Counted from the stretch's first letter, positions 17,977-27,231 are shown. The stretch is DNA of 64,000 bases from an uncultured Actinomycetota bacterium (GCA_963782665.1 CAWAKP010000007.1:7909-71908); one strand, 5' to 3'. Made by a program: numbers and translations. Notes: generated from the letters alone by a model not told the origin.

Positions 17977-19368
17977 TCAGTGCGGTCCGGGGGGCTCGCG
18001 CAGGGCGTCCGGGTCGGCGCCCATCGCGGCCATGAGGCGGGCGACGAGCGACTCGCGCACCCGCTGGTAGGAGGCGTCGTCGGGCAGCGCGCCGCTCTCG
18101 TGCGCGAGGTCGAGCATGGCCAGCTCGTCGGCCAGCACCGCGGCGTCCGTGGGTCCCGGGACCGGTGGCTCCGGCTCGGGAGGGTCCGGCCGGGGCACGG
18201 GCGCCGTCGTGGTCGTGCGGCCGGCAGCCGTCGCGGTGGCAGGGCCGGACTTCTTCGCCGGCGCGGGTGTCGCCGCCGCGGTCGTCGTGGCCTTGCGCGT
18301 GCGGGGCGGCTGCGGTGTCGCGCCCTTGCCGCGCTGCGCGGGCGCGGGCGGGGTAGTCCCGCGTCGAGCTCGGCGCCACCACCACACGCCTGCAGCGGCG
18401 ATGCCCAGGATGCCGAGCCCCGCGACGATGGCCGTCCAGGGGACCGTCGATCCGGTGCCGAGATCGAGAGTGACGGTCGTCCCGGCGGCGAGGGGTCCGG
18501 CGCGCAGCACCTGGTAGGTGGTCCCGCGGTCGGTCTGGGTCCCCGCCGACGTGAGCTGCGCCGACGTCACCGCCGTGCCCTGCGGTGCCAGCACGGTGAA
18601 CGTCGTCGTCGGCTGGTCGATGAGGAAGAAGAGCGAGGCAGCCGTCGGGGCCTCGTAGCGCATCGTCCCGGTCGTCGTCCCGGGCGGGACCGGTCGCGTG
18701 TGCGCCCACGTCGTCCCGACGACCGCGTCGCAGCAGACCTCGAACCACCCGACGTACTGGAGGTTCGTCGCGCCGGGTGCGACGGGGAGCAGCACGGCGG
18801 CGTTGCCCTTGTCCGGGGCACCGGCGAGCGGCTGCTCCGTGCGGTAGGCCGTGCCCGCGGAGTTGACGAGCGTGAGGTCCTGCTCGACGGCCATCGTGGC
18901 TCCGGTGATGTCGAGCCACACTGTCCAGTCCTTGCGCGTGATCGGCGCGGCCGCCGTCGTCGTCTCGTAGACCGGCAGGGTCACCGTGACCGTGGCGGCC
19001 GCGTCGACCCCGATGACGTCGGTGGAGAACGTCACACCGGAGTGGACCGTCGTGACCGTGTAGGTCCAGTCCGAACCGCCGGCGAGGCCGTCGAACTCGA
19101 ACTTGCCCGCGGCATCGGCGGTGCCGGTCGCCGTGATCGGGTCGGACGTCGAGCCCGCGCCGTGCAGCGTCACGATGGCTCCGGGCACCGGCTTGTGCGC
19201 GACGCCGAGCAGCACGACGCCGCGGATGGCTGCCGTGCCGGCGGCCGAGCTGGACCGCGCGAGCGCGGCCTGCGCAGGCAGCGCCGCGACGATTCCGGGC
19301 ACGAGGCAGAGTGCGGCGCCGGCGAGTGCCAGAGCGACCCTGACCCGACCGGCGCCGTGATCCCGCAC
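17977..19368 (-). CDS. single-pass membrane protein with N-terminal carboxypeptidase-regulatory-like beta-sandwich domain
   Basis: GTG 19368 lies 3 nt after the stop of the upstream gene. Signal peptide, IRGVVL..PVPGAIVTL..TDAAGKFEF motif, TM helix (IVAGLGILGIAAAGVWWW), Pro/Thr-rich cytoplasmic tail. Confidence 0.65.
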   Translation of the reverse strand: MRDHGAGRVRVALALAGAALCLVPGIVAALPAQAALARSSSAAGTAAIRGVVLLGVAHKPVPGAIVTLHGAGSTSDPITATGTADAAGKFEFDGLAGGSDWTYTVTTVHSGVTFSTDVIGVDAAATVTVTLPVYETTTAAAPITRKDWTVWLDITGATMAVEQDLTLVNSAGTAYRTEQPLAGAPDKGNAAVLLPVAPGATNLQYVGWFEVCCDAVVGTTWAHTRPVPPGTTTGTMRYEAPTAASLFFLIDQPTTTFTVLAPQGTAVTSAQLTSAGTQTDRGTTYQVLRAGPLAAGTTVTLDLGTGSTVPWTAIVAGLGILGIAAAGVWWWRRARRGTTPPAPAQRGKGATPQPPRTRKATTTAAATPAPAKKSGPATATAAGRTTTTAPVPRPDPPEPEPPVPGPTDAAVLADELAMLDLAHESGALPDDASYQRVRESLVARLMAAMGADPDALREPPGPH

Positions 19369-19371
19369 GTG

Positions 19372-19764
19372 CTACTCCTTCACCCGAGTCCCGCAGGAGC
19401 GGCAGAACGCGTCGGCTGCGTCGACGGTGGCACCGCACCCTGCGCAGGAGTGTCGCATCATCGCGGCCTTGCGCGCGGCGATGGCGGCCTCGATGTCGGC
19501 GCGCAGCTCGTCGGGCGACTTCGCGTGCGACATGACCGGAGGTGACGACGGCTGTTCCAGCCCTGCGGCCGGGGAGAGGGTCGCAGCATCCGCGGTGGCG
19601 GTTGCGACGGTGCCCGCGACGTCCTCCCGCGCCACTGCGGACGCCGTGACGGGAGGGAGCACGATCGGCGGCTGTCCGGACACGGCCGGCTCGAGGAACG
19701 GGTGCAGGACCATCCAGGCCATGCTCACGAGCAGCAGCAGTCCGAGGACCAGGTAGGCGTTCAT
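19372..19764 (-). CDS. membrane-anchored zinc-ribbon protein (CxxC..CxxC), function unknown
   Basis: ATG 19764 is 1 nt from the ccmF stop. N-terminal TM helix, C-terminal CAGCGATVDAADAFCRSCG. Confidence 0.6.
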   Translation of the reverse strand: MNAYLVLGLLLLVSMAWMVLHPFLEPAVSGQPPIVLPPVTASAVAREDVAGTVATATADAATLSPAAGLEQPSSPPVMSHAKSPDELRADIEAAIAARKAAMMRHSCAGCGATVDAADAFCRSCGTRVKE

Positions 19765-19765
19765 G

Positions 19766-21733
19766 TCAGGCCTCGACCTTCTCCGCCTCGTGCGCGACGT
19801 CGGTCGGCAGCGGCGGTGCGGTGCGTCGGCGCGGCAGCACGAAGAGGATGCCGCCGAGCGAGAGGAGCAGGCCGCCCAGCCAGATCCACACCACGGTCGG
19901 GTTGGTGAAGACCGTCAGGGTGGCGACGTTCTTGGACAGGTCGGCCTCTTCGAGGACCACGTACACGTCCTGCTTCCAGCTCGTGATGATGCCGACGTTG
20001 GCATGCGTCTCGCCGCTCGACGTGAACTGGTCCTGCCGGGTGTCCATCGTGGCGACGGTGCGACCGTCGACGTCGAGCACGTTGACCGTCGCGACGAAGG
20101 AGCTGCGGTCGGCCTGCTGGTCGACGTTGAGAGCTGCCAGCCGGATGTTCTGACCCTGGCTCGTGCTCGCGCTGCCGACGGTGAGCGTCACGCGGTTCTG
20201 CTGTTGCAGGCTCGAGTTCAGCGTCACCGCAGCGAGCAGGACGATGAGCCCGACGTGTGCGACGTACGGGCCGGACGCGCGCAGCGCGGCGAGCAGCCGT
20301 CCGTCGCTCGTCTCGCGCCAGGCCGAGCCGACGCGGCGGTACATCTTGCGCGCGACCGTGGCCAAGGCCAGCAGTGCGAGCGTGACGACGAGGGCGACGC
20401 CCCACGCCTGCCAGCCGCTCATGGCCCACAGCCCGACGAACAGCACCGCGCCGGTGCCGGCACGGACGACGAGAGTGCGGAGCCGCGAGCCCTCGGTCTG
20501 GTCGGGCAGGAGCGGGGACAGCGCGAAGATCGCGAGGATCGCGATCCCGAGCGGGGTGCACACGAGCCGGAAGAACTCGGGGGTGACCGCGATCTCCTGG
20601 TCGCGCAGCACGCGGAGGAACAGCGGGAACATGGTGCCCCACAGCACGGCGACGGTGATCGCGACCAGCAGCACGGTGAGCGCGCGCTGGCCGAACCAGC
20701 CGTGGCCGCGCCCGTCGGCCTTGGGGGCGCGCAGCTGCGGGAGGCGCCAGACGATGAGGCCGCCGCTCACGAGCATGATCGCGAGGATCGCTGCGCCCAT
20801 GACCCCGCCGAGGCCGGACTCGCCGAACGCGTGCACCGACGAGATGACACCGGACCGGGTGAGGAAGGTGCCGAACAGGCAGAGCAGGAAAGTCGTCACG
20901 ACGAGAACGAACCCGAGGACGCGCAGGCGACCGGTTCGCCAGTGCGTGAGACCGGAGTGCAGCAGCGCGGTGCCGGTGAGCCAGGGGAGCAACGACGCGT
21001 TCTCGACCGGGTCCCAGCCCCAGTAGCCGCCCCAGCCCAGCTCGACGTATGCCCAGCGCGCGCCGAGAACGATGCCGATCGTCAGCGCGATCCAGGAGAG
21101 CGCGCTCCAGCGCTGCGTCACCTTGAGCCAGGGTCCCTTGTCCGGTCCGGCCACGAGTGCCGAGATCGTCAGGGCGAAGGGCACCGTGTAGAGGATGTAG
21201 CCGGCGTACAGGGTCAGCGGGTGGATGATCTGGAGCGGGTTCTGCAGCAGCGGGTTGAGTCCCTGGCCGTCGGCCACCGGAGTCACCATCGTGACGAACG
21301 GGCTCTCGATCATCGTGACGAGTCCGGCGAACAGAGCGGTGACGACGCCGAACGTCGTGACGGCGTACGGCGCGATCCCCCAGTGCTTGCGGCGGTTCTG
21401 CACGACGATGATCGCGGCGAGCAGGGCCGAGATCCACGTCCAGAGGAGCAGCGACCCACCCTGGCCGGCCCACATCGCAGCGAGCTTGTAGGGCAGGTCG
21501 AGGCTGCGGCTGGTGTAGTCGGCGACGTACTGCATCGAGAAGTCCGACGTCACGAGGGCCACCAGCAGGGTCACGGACGCGACGGTCGTCGCGAGAGCCG
21601 TCGCGAAGACGGCGCCCTCCGCGCTGCGGACGAAGTCGTCGCGGTGGCGCAGCGCGCCGACGAGCGACGCGACGACGCTCCACAGTGCCGACGCCAGCGC
21701 CAGTGCGATGGCAAACGTGCCGAGCTCAGCCAT
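19766..21733 (-). CDS. ccmF: cytochrome c maturation haem lyase CcmF
   Basis: 655-aa polytopic protein with WWD-type motif WGGYWGWDPVEN and conserved His-containing loops. Confidence 0.9.
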   Translation of the reverse strand: MAELGTFAIALALASALWSVVASLVGALRHRDDFVRSAEGAVFATALATTVASVTLLVALVTSDFSMQYVADYTSRSLDLPYKLAAMWAGQGGSLLLWTWISALLAAIIVVQNRRKHWGIAPYAVTTFGVVTALFAGLVTMIESPFVTMVTPVADGQGLNPLLQNPLQIIHPLTLYAGYILYTVPFALTISALVAGPDKGPWLKVTQRWSALSWIALTIGIVLGARWAYVELGWGGYWGWDPVENASLLPWLTGTALLHSGLTHWRTGRLRVLGFVLVVTTFLLCLFGTFLTRSGVISSVHAFGESGLGGVMGAAILAIMLVSGGLIVWRLPQLRAPKADGRGHGWFGQRALTVLLVAITVAVLWGTMFPLFLRVLRDQEIAVTPEFFRLVCTPLGIAILAIFALSPLLPDQTEGSRLRTLVVRAGTGAVLFVGLWAMSGWQAWGVALVVTLALLALATVARKMYRRVGSAWRETSDGRLLAALRASGPYVAHVGLIVLLAAVTLNSSLQQQNRVTLTVGSASTSQGQNIRLAALNVDQQADRSSFVATVNVLDVDGRTVATMDTRQDQFTSSGETHANVGIITSWKQDVYVVLEEADLSKNVATLTVFTNPTVVWIWLGGLLLSLGGILFVLPRRRTAPPLPTDVAHEAEKVEA

Positions 21734-21739
21734 GACCGA

Positions 21740-21895
21740 TCACGAGTCCTTGGTGTCCTGGTCCGCGGCGTCCGAGTGCAGGGCGAGCGCGGAGGCGAGC
21801 GCGCGGCGACGGACGAGCAGGTGGATGGTGTAGGCGCCGTAGAGCGTGACGGCGAGGCCGTAGCCGACGACGAGGTTCAGGCTGTTGTTGATCAT
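21740..21895 (-). CDS. ccmD: CcmD-like small haem-export protein
   Basis: 51-aa single-TM peptide (MINNSLNLVVGYGLAVTLYGAYTIHLLVRRR..). ATG 21895 overlaps the ccmC stop (ATGA). Position between ccmC and ccmF. Confidence 0.6.
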   Translation of the reverse strand: MINNSLNLVVGYGLAVTLYGAYTIHLLVRRRALASALALHSDAADQDTKDS

Positions 21896-22629
21896 GACTC
21901 GATCTCCTCGAGAGCTGAGGCCATGCGACCCACCTGCAGGCGGAGCCGGACGAGGTAGGCGTAGACGAGGGTGAACGTGGTGAGACCGACGAGCAGCGCG
22001 ATCACCATCGGGGCCGGCATGTGGGGACCGCCGCTGGTGATGATCACCTGCTGCGGGTGCAGCGTCCGCCACCAGTTCACCGACAGGTAGATGATCGGGA
22101 CGTCGATGAACGCGATGATGCCGAGGACGGCGGAGAAGCGGGCCCGACGGGCCGGGTCCGGGACGTACGCGCGCACCGCGTTGTAGGCGAGGTAGAGCAG
22201 CCACAGGACGAGGAACGACGTGAGCCGCGGCTCCCAGGTCCAGTACACGCCCCAGATCGCGTGGCCCCACATCATCCCGGTGACCAGGACGACGGTGGTG
22301 AACAGCGTGCCGATCTGGGCGGAGGCGGCGGCGAGCGCATCGGCCTTCATGTCGCGCTTGCTCAGGTAGTGGATGCTCGACGCGAACGTGACGCCGAAGG
22401 CGACGAAGCAGATCCACGCCGACGGCACGTGGATGTAGAAGATCCGCTGCATCGCGCCCTGCAGCTCGTCCTCGGGTGCGAAGAAGAACGCGAAGTACGC
22501 GAAGACTCCGAGCATGGCCGTCGTGAGGATCGCGAGGCGGCTGGGTCGCTGGCCGGGGTGGTAGTCGCTGACGTGGACGACGGAGACGGCCTCTCGCCCG
22601 ACGGTGGTGAGCTTGCTGGTGATGCTCAT
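21892..22629 (-). CDS. ccmC: haem exporter/haem-handling protein CcmC
   Basis: ATG 22629 overlaps the stop of the upstream gene. WWD motif WGVYWTWEPRLT, 6 TM. Confidence 0.9.
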   Translation of the reverse strand: MSITSKLTTVGREAVSVVHVSDYHPGQRPSRLAILTTAMLGVFAYFAFFFAPEDELQGAMQRIFYIHVPSAWICFVAFGVTFASSIHYLSKRDMKADALAAASAQIGTLFTTVVLVTGMMWGHAIWGVYWTWEPRLTSFLVLWLLYLAYNAVRAYVPDPARRARFSAVLGIIAFIDVPIIYLSVNWWRTLHPQQVIITSGGPHMPAPMVIALLVGLTTFTLVYAYLVRLRLQVGRMASALEEIES

Positions 22630-24170
22630 TGGTCCTCCACTACGAACGAGAAGGTGGCGATCGCCGCCAGGCCGACGACGGCGTCGAAGCCGGCGAGGAG
22701 GGCGAACCACTGGAACATGTCCACGCTGCCGCCGGCGTCGCCGCCGAGGGCACGCCGCGTCGTCTCGACGGCAGCGATCATGAGCGGGACGGCGACGGGC
22801 ATGACGATCAGCGGCAGGAGGGACTCGCCCATCCGGCTGCCGACGGCGATGCCCGAGAACAGGGTGGCGATGACGACGAGGCCGATGGTCGCCAGGACCA
22901 CCACGCCGATCAGCGCCGGCACGTCGAGAGAGCCTGCGGACTCGCCGGTGGCGAGCACGAGGAACATCGGGACGACGAAGGCCTCGATGACGGCCATCAT
23001 CGCCAGGCCCGAGATCAGCTTCCCGACGAAGATCGACTCGCGCGGGGCGGGCGAGAGCAGGAGTCCCTCCATCGCGCGGTCCTGAGACTCACGCGTCATC
23101 GACCGGCCGACGCCCAGCAGGACGGCGAACAGGAGGCTGATCCAGAGGATGCCGGTCGCGAGGCCCTGCGAACCGCCGCCGGGGGCCGAGGTGAAGCTGG
23201 CCGTGATGAGCACGGTGATCGCGAACAGCGCGGCGGAGCCGAGGGCGTCACGGCTGCGCAGCTCGACACGCATGTCCTTGACGGCGATGAGCCAGGCCGC
23301 GCGCATCCGTGTCGGCGGCGTCACGCGCGCCGGGTTCGGGTCGAGCGCGACGTACGCCACGGAGTCGTCGTGGTCACGGCGCGAGCCGGTCGGAGCGGGT
23401 ACCCACGGTGCGTCGCCGGTGCCGGAGGCCGTGCCTGTGCTGGCGCCGGCGCCCACGAGCGCCAGCTCGACGGATGCGACGCTGTCGAACTCGCTCTCCG
23501 TAGAGGAGATCGGCTCGTCGACCAGCACGCCGCCCTCACCGATGACGACGAGGCGGGTCGGACCGTCGGTGGCGCGGGCGGCCTCGTGCACCGTCATGAC
23601 CACGGTGGTGCCGGCGGCGTTGAGCATGCGGAGCATCGCGACGAGCCGTGCGCACGACGCCTCGTCGAGCCCGGTGAACGGCTCGTCGAGCAGCAGCACC
23701 TCGGGACCGTGCATGAGCGCGCGCGCGAGGGTGAGGCGCTGGCGGTTGCCGCGTGAGAGCACCGCGGCCGGCCGGTCGAGGACCTTGCGCAGGTCGAGCG
23801 CGTCGGCCAGCTCCTCGATGCGCGCCTCGGCGTCGGCGACACCGAACATGCGGCCGTGGAAGAGCAGGTTCTGGCGCCCGGTCAGGTCGCCGTAGAGCAG
23901 GCCGTCGTGGGAGACGAAGCCGAGCATCCGGCGCAGGCCAGGTCCCGCCTTGCGCAGGTCGACCCCAGCCAGGGTGACGGTGCCCGACGTCGGGGCGGTC
24001 AGACCTGACGCCATCCGCAGCAGCGTCGTCTTGCCGGCGCCGTTGGCGCCCATGAGCGCCACGAACGCGCCGGCCGGGACGGTCAGGTCGACGTGGCGCA
24101 GCACCTTGTGGTGCCCGTACGTCTTGCTGACGTCCTGGAAGACGAGGTCACTGGCCATTGCTGGTGCCAC
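22626..24170 (-). CDS. fused CcmA (ABC ATPase) - CcmB (permease) protein
   Basis: Single uninterrupted 514-aa ORF. N-terminal Walker A GANGAGKTT, signature LSRGNRQR, Walker B LLLDEP; ~70-aa linker; C-terminal 6-TM CcmB-like domain. Confidence 0.85.
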   Translation of the reverse strand: MAPAMASDLVFQDVSKTYGHHKVLRHVDLTVPAGAFVALMGANGAGKTTLLRMASGLTAPTSGTVTLAGVDLRKAGPGLRRMLGFVSHDGLLYGDLTGRQNLLFHGRMFGVADAEARIEELADALDLRKVLDRPAAVLSRGNRQRLTLARALMHGPEVLLLDEPFTGLDEASCARLVAMLRMLNAAGTTVVMTVHEAARATDGPTRLVVIGEGGVLVDEPISSTESEFDSVASVELALVGAGASTGTASGTGDAPWVPAPTGSRRDHDDSVAYVALDPNPARVTPPTRMRAAWLIAVKDMRVELRSRDALGSAALFAITVLITASFTSAPGGGSQGLATGILWISLLFAVLLGVGRSMTRESQDRAMEGLLLSPAPRESIFVGKLISGLAMMAVIEAFVVPMFLVLATGESAGSLDVPALIGVVVLATIGLVVIATLFSGIAVGSRMGESLLPLIVMPVAVPLMIAAVETTRRALGGDAGGSVDMFQWFALLAGFDAVVGLAAIATFSFVVEDQ

Positions 24171-24654
24171 CCGACTGGAACTTCGACGGGCACTTGGCGA
24201 GCAGGACGCTGGAGTGGAAGAGGCCGTCGGTGCCGAGAGAGCCCTCCGCGACCATCTGCGTCCCCGGCTGCGACGCGGTCGACAGCGCCGTGGTGGCCGA
24301 GCCCTGGTAGACGACCGGCACGGAGGTGGTGCCGTCGGTCAGGACGAAGGTCGTCGTGCCGGCTCCGGTCTCGACGCTGTCCTTGACGAGGGTGCCGGCG
24401 AGGCGGACGTGCTGCCCCTGCAGGGCCTTCACCTCGGTCGGGGTCTTGTAGTAGACGACCGACTTGCCGAGCATCGAGGTCGCGACGAAGGCGACGCCGA
24501 TGACGAGCACGGATCCGATGACGATCCAGAGCCACGCGTGGCTCTTGCGCTCGAGATCCGCGGGCGCGTCGTCTGCGGTCGCCGGCTGCGGGGCCTGGTC
24601 GAGCTGGGTCATGGGGACCTCCTCGGACCGGTGGGTGCTGACCTTCGTCGTCAT
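24148..24654 (-). CDS. ccmE: CcmE haem chaperone, Cys-type variant
   Basis: N-terminal TM anchor plus OB-fold. C-terminal LLAKCPSKF aligns with canonical VLAKHDENY. Alternative start ATG 24612. Confidence 0.85.
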   Translation of the reverse strand: MTTKVSTHRSEEVPMTQLDQAPQPATADDAPADLERKSHAWLWIVIGSVLVIGVAFVATSMLGKSVVYYKTPTEVKALQGQHVRLAGTLVKDSVETGAGTTTFVLTDGTTSVPVVYQGSATTALSTASQPGTQMVAEGSLGTDGLFHSSVLLAKCPSKFQSGGTSNGQ

Positions 24655-24710
24655 GGCCTGCTCCCCTCCACGTCTCTCACTGCCTCAATTCTGCGGCGCG
24701 GAGGGTGTGC

Positions 24711-24798
24711 GGCCCATCCGTCGCACGGCACGTTCAGGGCACATCCCTGCTGCTCAGAGGCGGTGCCAGGTGCCGAGCGGCATATGCCCTCCTGTACC
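24711..24798 (-). promoter_or_regulatory. conserved upstream element, copy A (ahead of ccmE operon)
   Basis: Blocks CCATCCG, GGCACGTTC, GGTGCCG and the 20-mer GGCATATGCCCTCCTGTACC occur at the same relative offsets (65, 52, 10 nt) as in copy B. Confidence 0.45.
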
Positions 24799-24906
24799 TA
24801 CCGGACGGGTCAGGCGGCGAGCGGCCGTGCCGCGAGGAGGCCGGGGACGCCGCGGCACCGGCCGCGCGGCGCGACCGGTGGCGTGGGCGGAAGGACCGGG
24901 CGAGCG

Positions 24907-25590
24907 TCAGCCCGCGGCGACGGCCTTCTCGAGCATCGTCGTGAACGTGGCCTCGTCGAGCGAGCTGATGTACTTGTCGATGACCTCGCCCTTGCTGTTG
25001 ATGACGTAGGTCTCCGGCAGGCCGCTGACGCCGTAGGACGCACCGATGCGCGAGTCGGGGTCGACCACGCTGGGGTAGTCCAGGCCGTAGGTCTGGTAGT
25101 AGGTGTGGGCACCGGCTGTCGTGTCGTGCGTGTCGACGCCGAGGAACACGACGCCCTTGGCCTCCCAGCGCTTCGCGACGTCGGCCACGACCTGCGCCTC
25201 GGCCTTGCACGTCGTGCACCAGGACGCCCAGAAGTTCACGACCACCGTCTTGCCCTTGTAGTCGGCCAGCGAGATCTGCTGGTCGCCCGTCACCTGGGTG
25301 CCGCTGAAGACCGGCGCCATCGAGCCGATGGGGTCGGCCGACAGCCGCGGGCCGGTGACGTTGGCCGTCGCGCTGGAGCTGCGCGGTGCCAGGGCGAACC
25401 CGAACAGCACGAGGGCGACGACGACGATGACTGCCAGGATGAAGATCCCGATCCGGCGGCTGCTCGTGGCGCTCGGCTCCGCGGTATCGACCTGGTCGGC
25501 GTCCGCGCCCCGCGCGTCCTGGATGGTCATCGTGCTCGCCTCCACGGCGGACTCGTCGTTCGGTACCGGTTCCTGGGGCCACGTCGTCAT
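24907..25590 (-). CDS. TlpA/ResA/CcmG-type membrane-anchored thiol-disulfide oxidoreductase
   Basis: ATG 25590 overlaps the stop of the decahaem gene (ATGA). TM anchor then thioredoxin fold with WASWCTTCKAE active site. Confidence 0.85.
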   Translation of the reverse strand: MTTWPQEPVPNDESAVEASTMTIQDARGADADQVDTAEPSATSSRRIGIFILAVIVVVALVLFGFALAPRSSSATANVTGPRLSADPIGSMAPVFSGTQVTGDQQISLADYKGKTVVVNFWASWCTTCKAEAQVVADVAKRWEAKGVVFLGVDTHDTTAGAHTYYQTYGLDYPSVVDPDSRIGASYGVSGLPETYVINSKGEVIDKYISSLDEATFTTMLEKAVAAG

Positions 25591-27224
25591 GACGTCACCT
25601 GGCCGTTCTGCTTGGCGGGCGGGGTGTCGAGGATGTCGCCCTGGTGGCAGCGGGCGCAGAAGACGGGCTGGTGGCAGTAGGCGCAGGCCTTTCCGCCGGA
25701 CACCCGCATCGACGCGGCGTGGTTGTAGAGCATCTGGTCGTGGTCGACCTTCACCGCGCCGGTGGTGTGGCAGTTCTCGCAGTAGGACTTCTGGTGGCAC
25801 GACCCGCAGGTGGTTCCGGATGGATCGACAGCACCGGCGGGCTGGTGGGCGATCGACGCGTTGCGTGCTGCGGCGACGGCTGCCTCGGCGCTCTTGTGGC
25901 TGAAGACCCAGAGCTTGTCGCTGTGCGAGGTCGGTGCGCCGGCGAGCACGAGCCCGGTCACCGAGCCTCCGATCTGCGGGAAGGTGTGGCAGGTCGAGCA
26001 CGTCGACGGGATCGAGTCGCTCGTGACCTTGCCGTTGACGACCTTGAAGTGCGCGCCGTCGTGGCAGCGGAAGCAGCCGGCCGAGGTCTGGTGACCCAGG
26101 TTGTCGGGGTAGGTCTGGGCCTGCACCTTCATCTCCGGCGTGGCGAGCTCGCGGTAGATCGACTTGAGCTCGGCGATCGCGCTCGTGATCTGCGCGGCCT
26201 GCTTCGTCGCGACGGCGGGGTACTCGTCCTGGTAGGTGAAGCGGAGGCTGTCCATCCCGCGGTCGGCGTCCTCGAGGGTCGGGTACGAGGCGTTGAGCAG
26301 GTCGACGGCGTCCTTCTTGATGTACGGGAGCGTCGTGCTCATGCGTCCGGCGGCCAGCGCCTCGTCGACGGCCTGCGAGGTGCTCGGGATCGCGTGGCCG
26401 ACGCGGTTGTGGCACTCGATGCAGTCCATCGTGCGCGTGCGCTGCTCCTGCGTGAGGCGCTGCACGTCCGGGGTGGCGTTGCTCGACAGGCCGACCTGGT
26501 TGGCGGCGATGTACTGCGTCGTCGTGCCGTCGGGGTTGTGCACCGCGACCGAGTCGATGGTCTGCGAGCGTGGGTCGGAGCTCGTGAACGTCACGTTCTG
26601 CTGCACGTGCCAGTGGACCCCGCGCGGGCTGTTGGGCCCTGCCGCGGTGTCCTGGTCACCGGTGAGGCCGGCGGGACGCAGGACGACGGCCACCATGTCG
26701 CGCGTGTTGGCCTTGTTGTCCTCGTAGCGCGGGCGCAGGACGAGACGCACCGGACCGCCGTTGGCCGTGATCGACTCGAGCGAGTGGCACCGCAGGCACG
26801 TCTCGGTCACGGGCGGGAGGTCGGCGTGGTCGGGCGCCGGGATCGGGCGCTCGTAGGTGTTCGTGATCAGCTGGAAGAGCTGCTTGGTGCCCGCAGCCTT
26901 GGCCTTGACCCACCCGCCGACGCCGGGCTCGACATGGCACTCGGCGCACGCCAGCTCCGAGTGCGGCGACATCTCGTACGCCTTGTGCTCGGGGGCCATC
27001 GTGTGGCACAGGCCGCAGAAGGCGGCGGTCTCGCTGAAGCTCACCGCGAACACGGCCCCGATCGTCATGATCGAGCCGATCCCGGCGATGACGATGAACC
27101 CGAGGATCGCGCCGCGGCGCGTCTTGGGCACCGGGATCTTGTGGATCAGAGCCCGGGTACGTCGCCAGTGCTTCCGCCTCGGTGCAGGCACCGAGGCTTC
27201 GGCGACGGGCGCTTCGTGCGACAT
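25587..27224 (-). CDS. membrane-anchored NapC/NirT(NrfH)-family cytochrome c extended to ten CXXCH motifs
   Basis: 545 aa. N-terminal TM helix followed by CGLCH, CAECH, CLRCH, CIECH (NapC/NirT-like module), then CFRCH, CSTCH, CGSCH, CENCH, CAYCH, CARCH. Confidence 0.85.
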   Translation of the reverse strand: MSHEAPVAEASVPAPRRKHWRRTRALIHKIPVPKTRRGAILGFIVIAGIGSIMTIGAVFAVSFSETAAFCGLCHTMAPEHKAYEMSPHSELACAECHVEPGVGGWVKAKAAGTKQLFQLITNTYERPIPAPDHADLPPVTETCLRCHSLESITANGGPVRLVLRPRYEDNKANTRDMVAVVLRPAGLTGDQDTAAGPNSPRGVHWHVQQNVTFTSSDPRSQTIDSVAVHNPDGTTTQYIAANQVGLSSNATPDVQRLTQEQRTRTMDCIECHNRVGHAIPSTSQAVDEALAAGRMSTTLPYIKKDAVDLLNASYPTLEDADRGMDSLRFTYQDEYPAVATKQAAQITSAIAELKSIYRELATPEMKVQAQTYPDNLGHQTSAGCFRCHDGAHFKVVNGKVTSDSIPSTCSTCHTFPQIGGSVTGLVLAGAPTSHSDKLWVFSHKSAEAAVAAARNASIAHQPAGAVDPSGTTCGSCHQKSYCENCHTTGAVKVDHDQMLYNHAASMRVSGGKACAYCHQPVFCARCHQGDILDTPPAKQNGQVTS

Positions 27225-27231
27225 GGTCAGG

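Noticed and set aside
24760-24780. TGGCAC / CGGCAC motifs in the conserved elements that resemble the -24 part of sigma-54 promoters
   Set aside because: There is no GC-N10-spaced TTGC -12 element in both copies, and Actinobacteria generally lack RpoN. More likely these are part of an operator or an RNA stem.
24907-26415. 502-aa ORF suggesting a large protein overlapping the decahaem gene
   Set aside because: Only the last 227 codons (from ATG 25590, which overlaps the decahaem stop) look like a protein (TlpA-type thioredoxin). The upstream part is out-of-frame shadow of the cytochrome gene.
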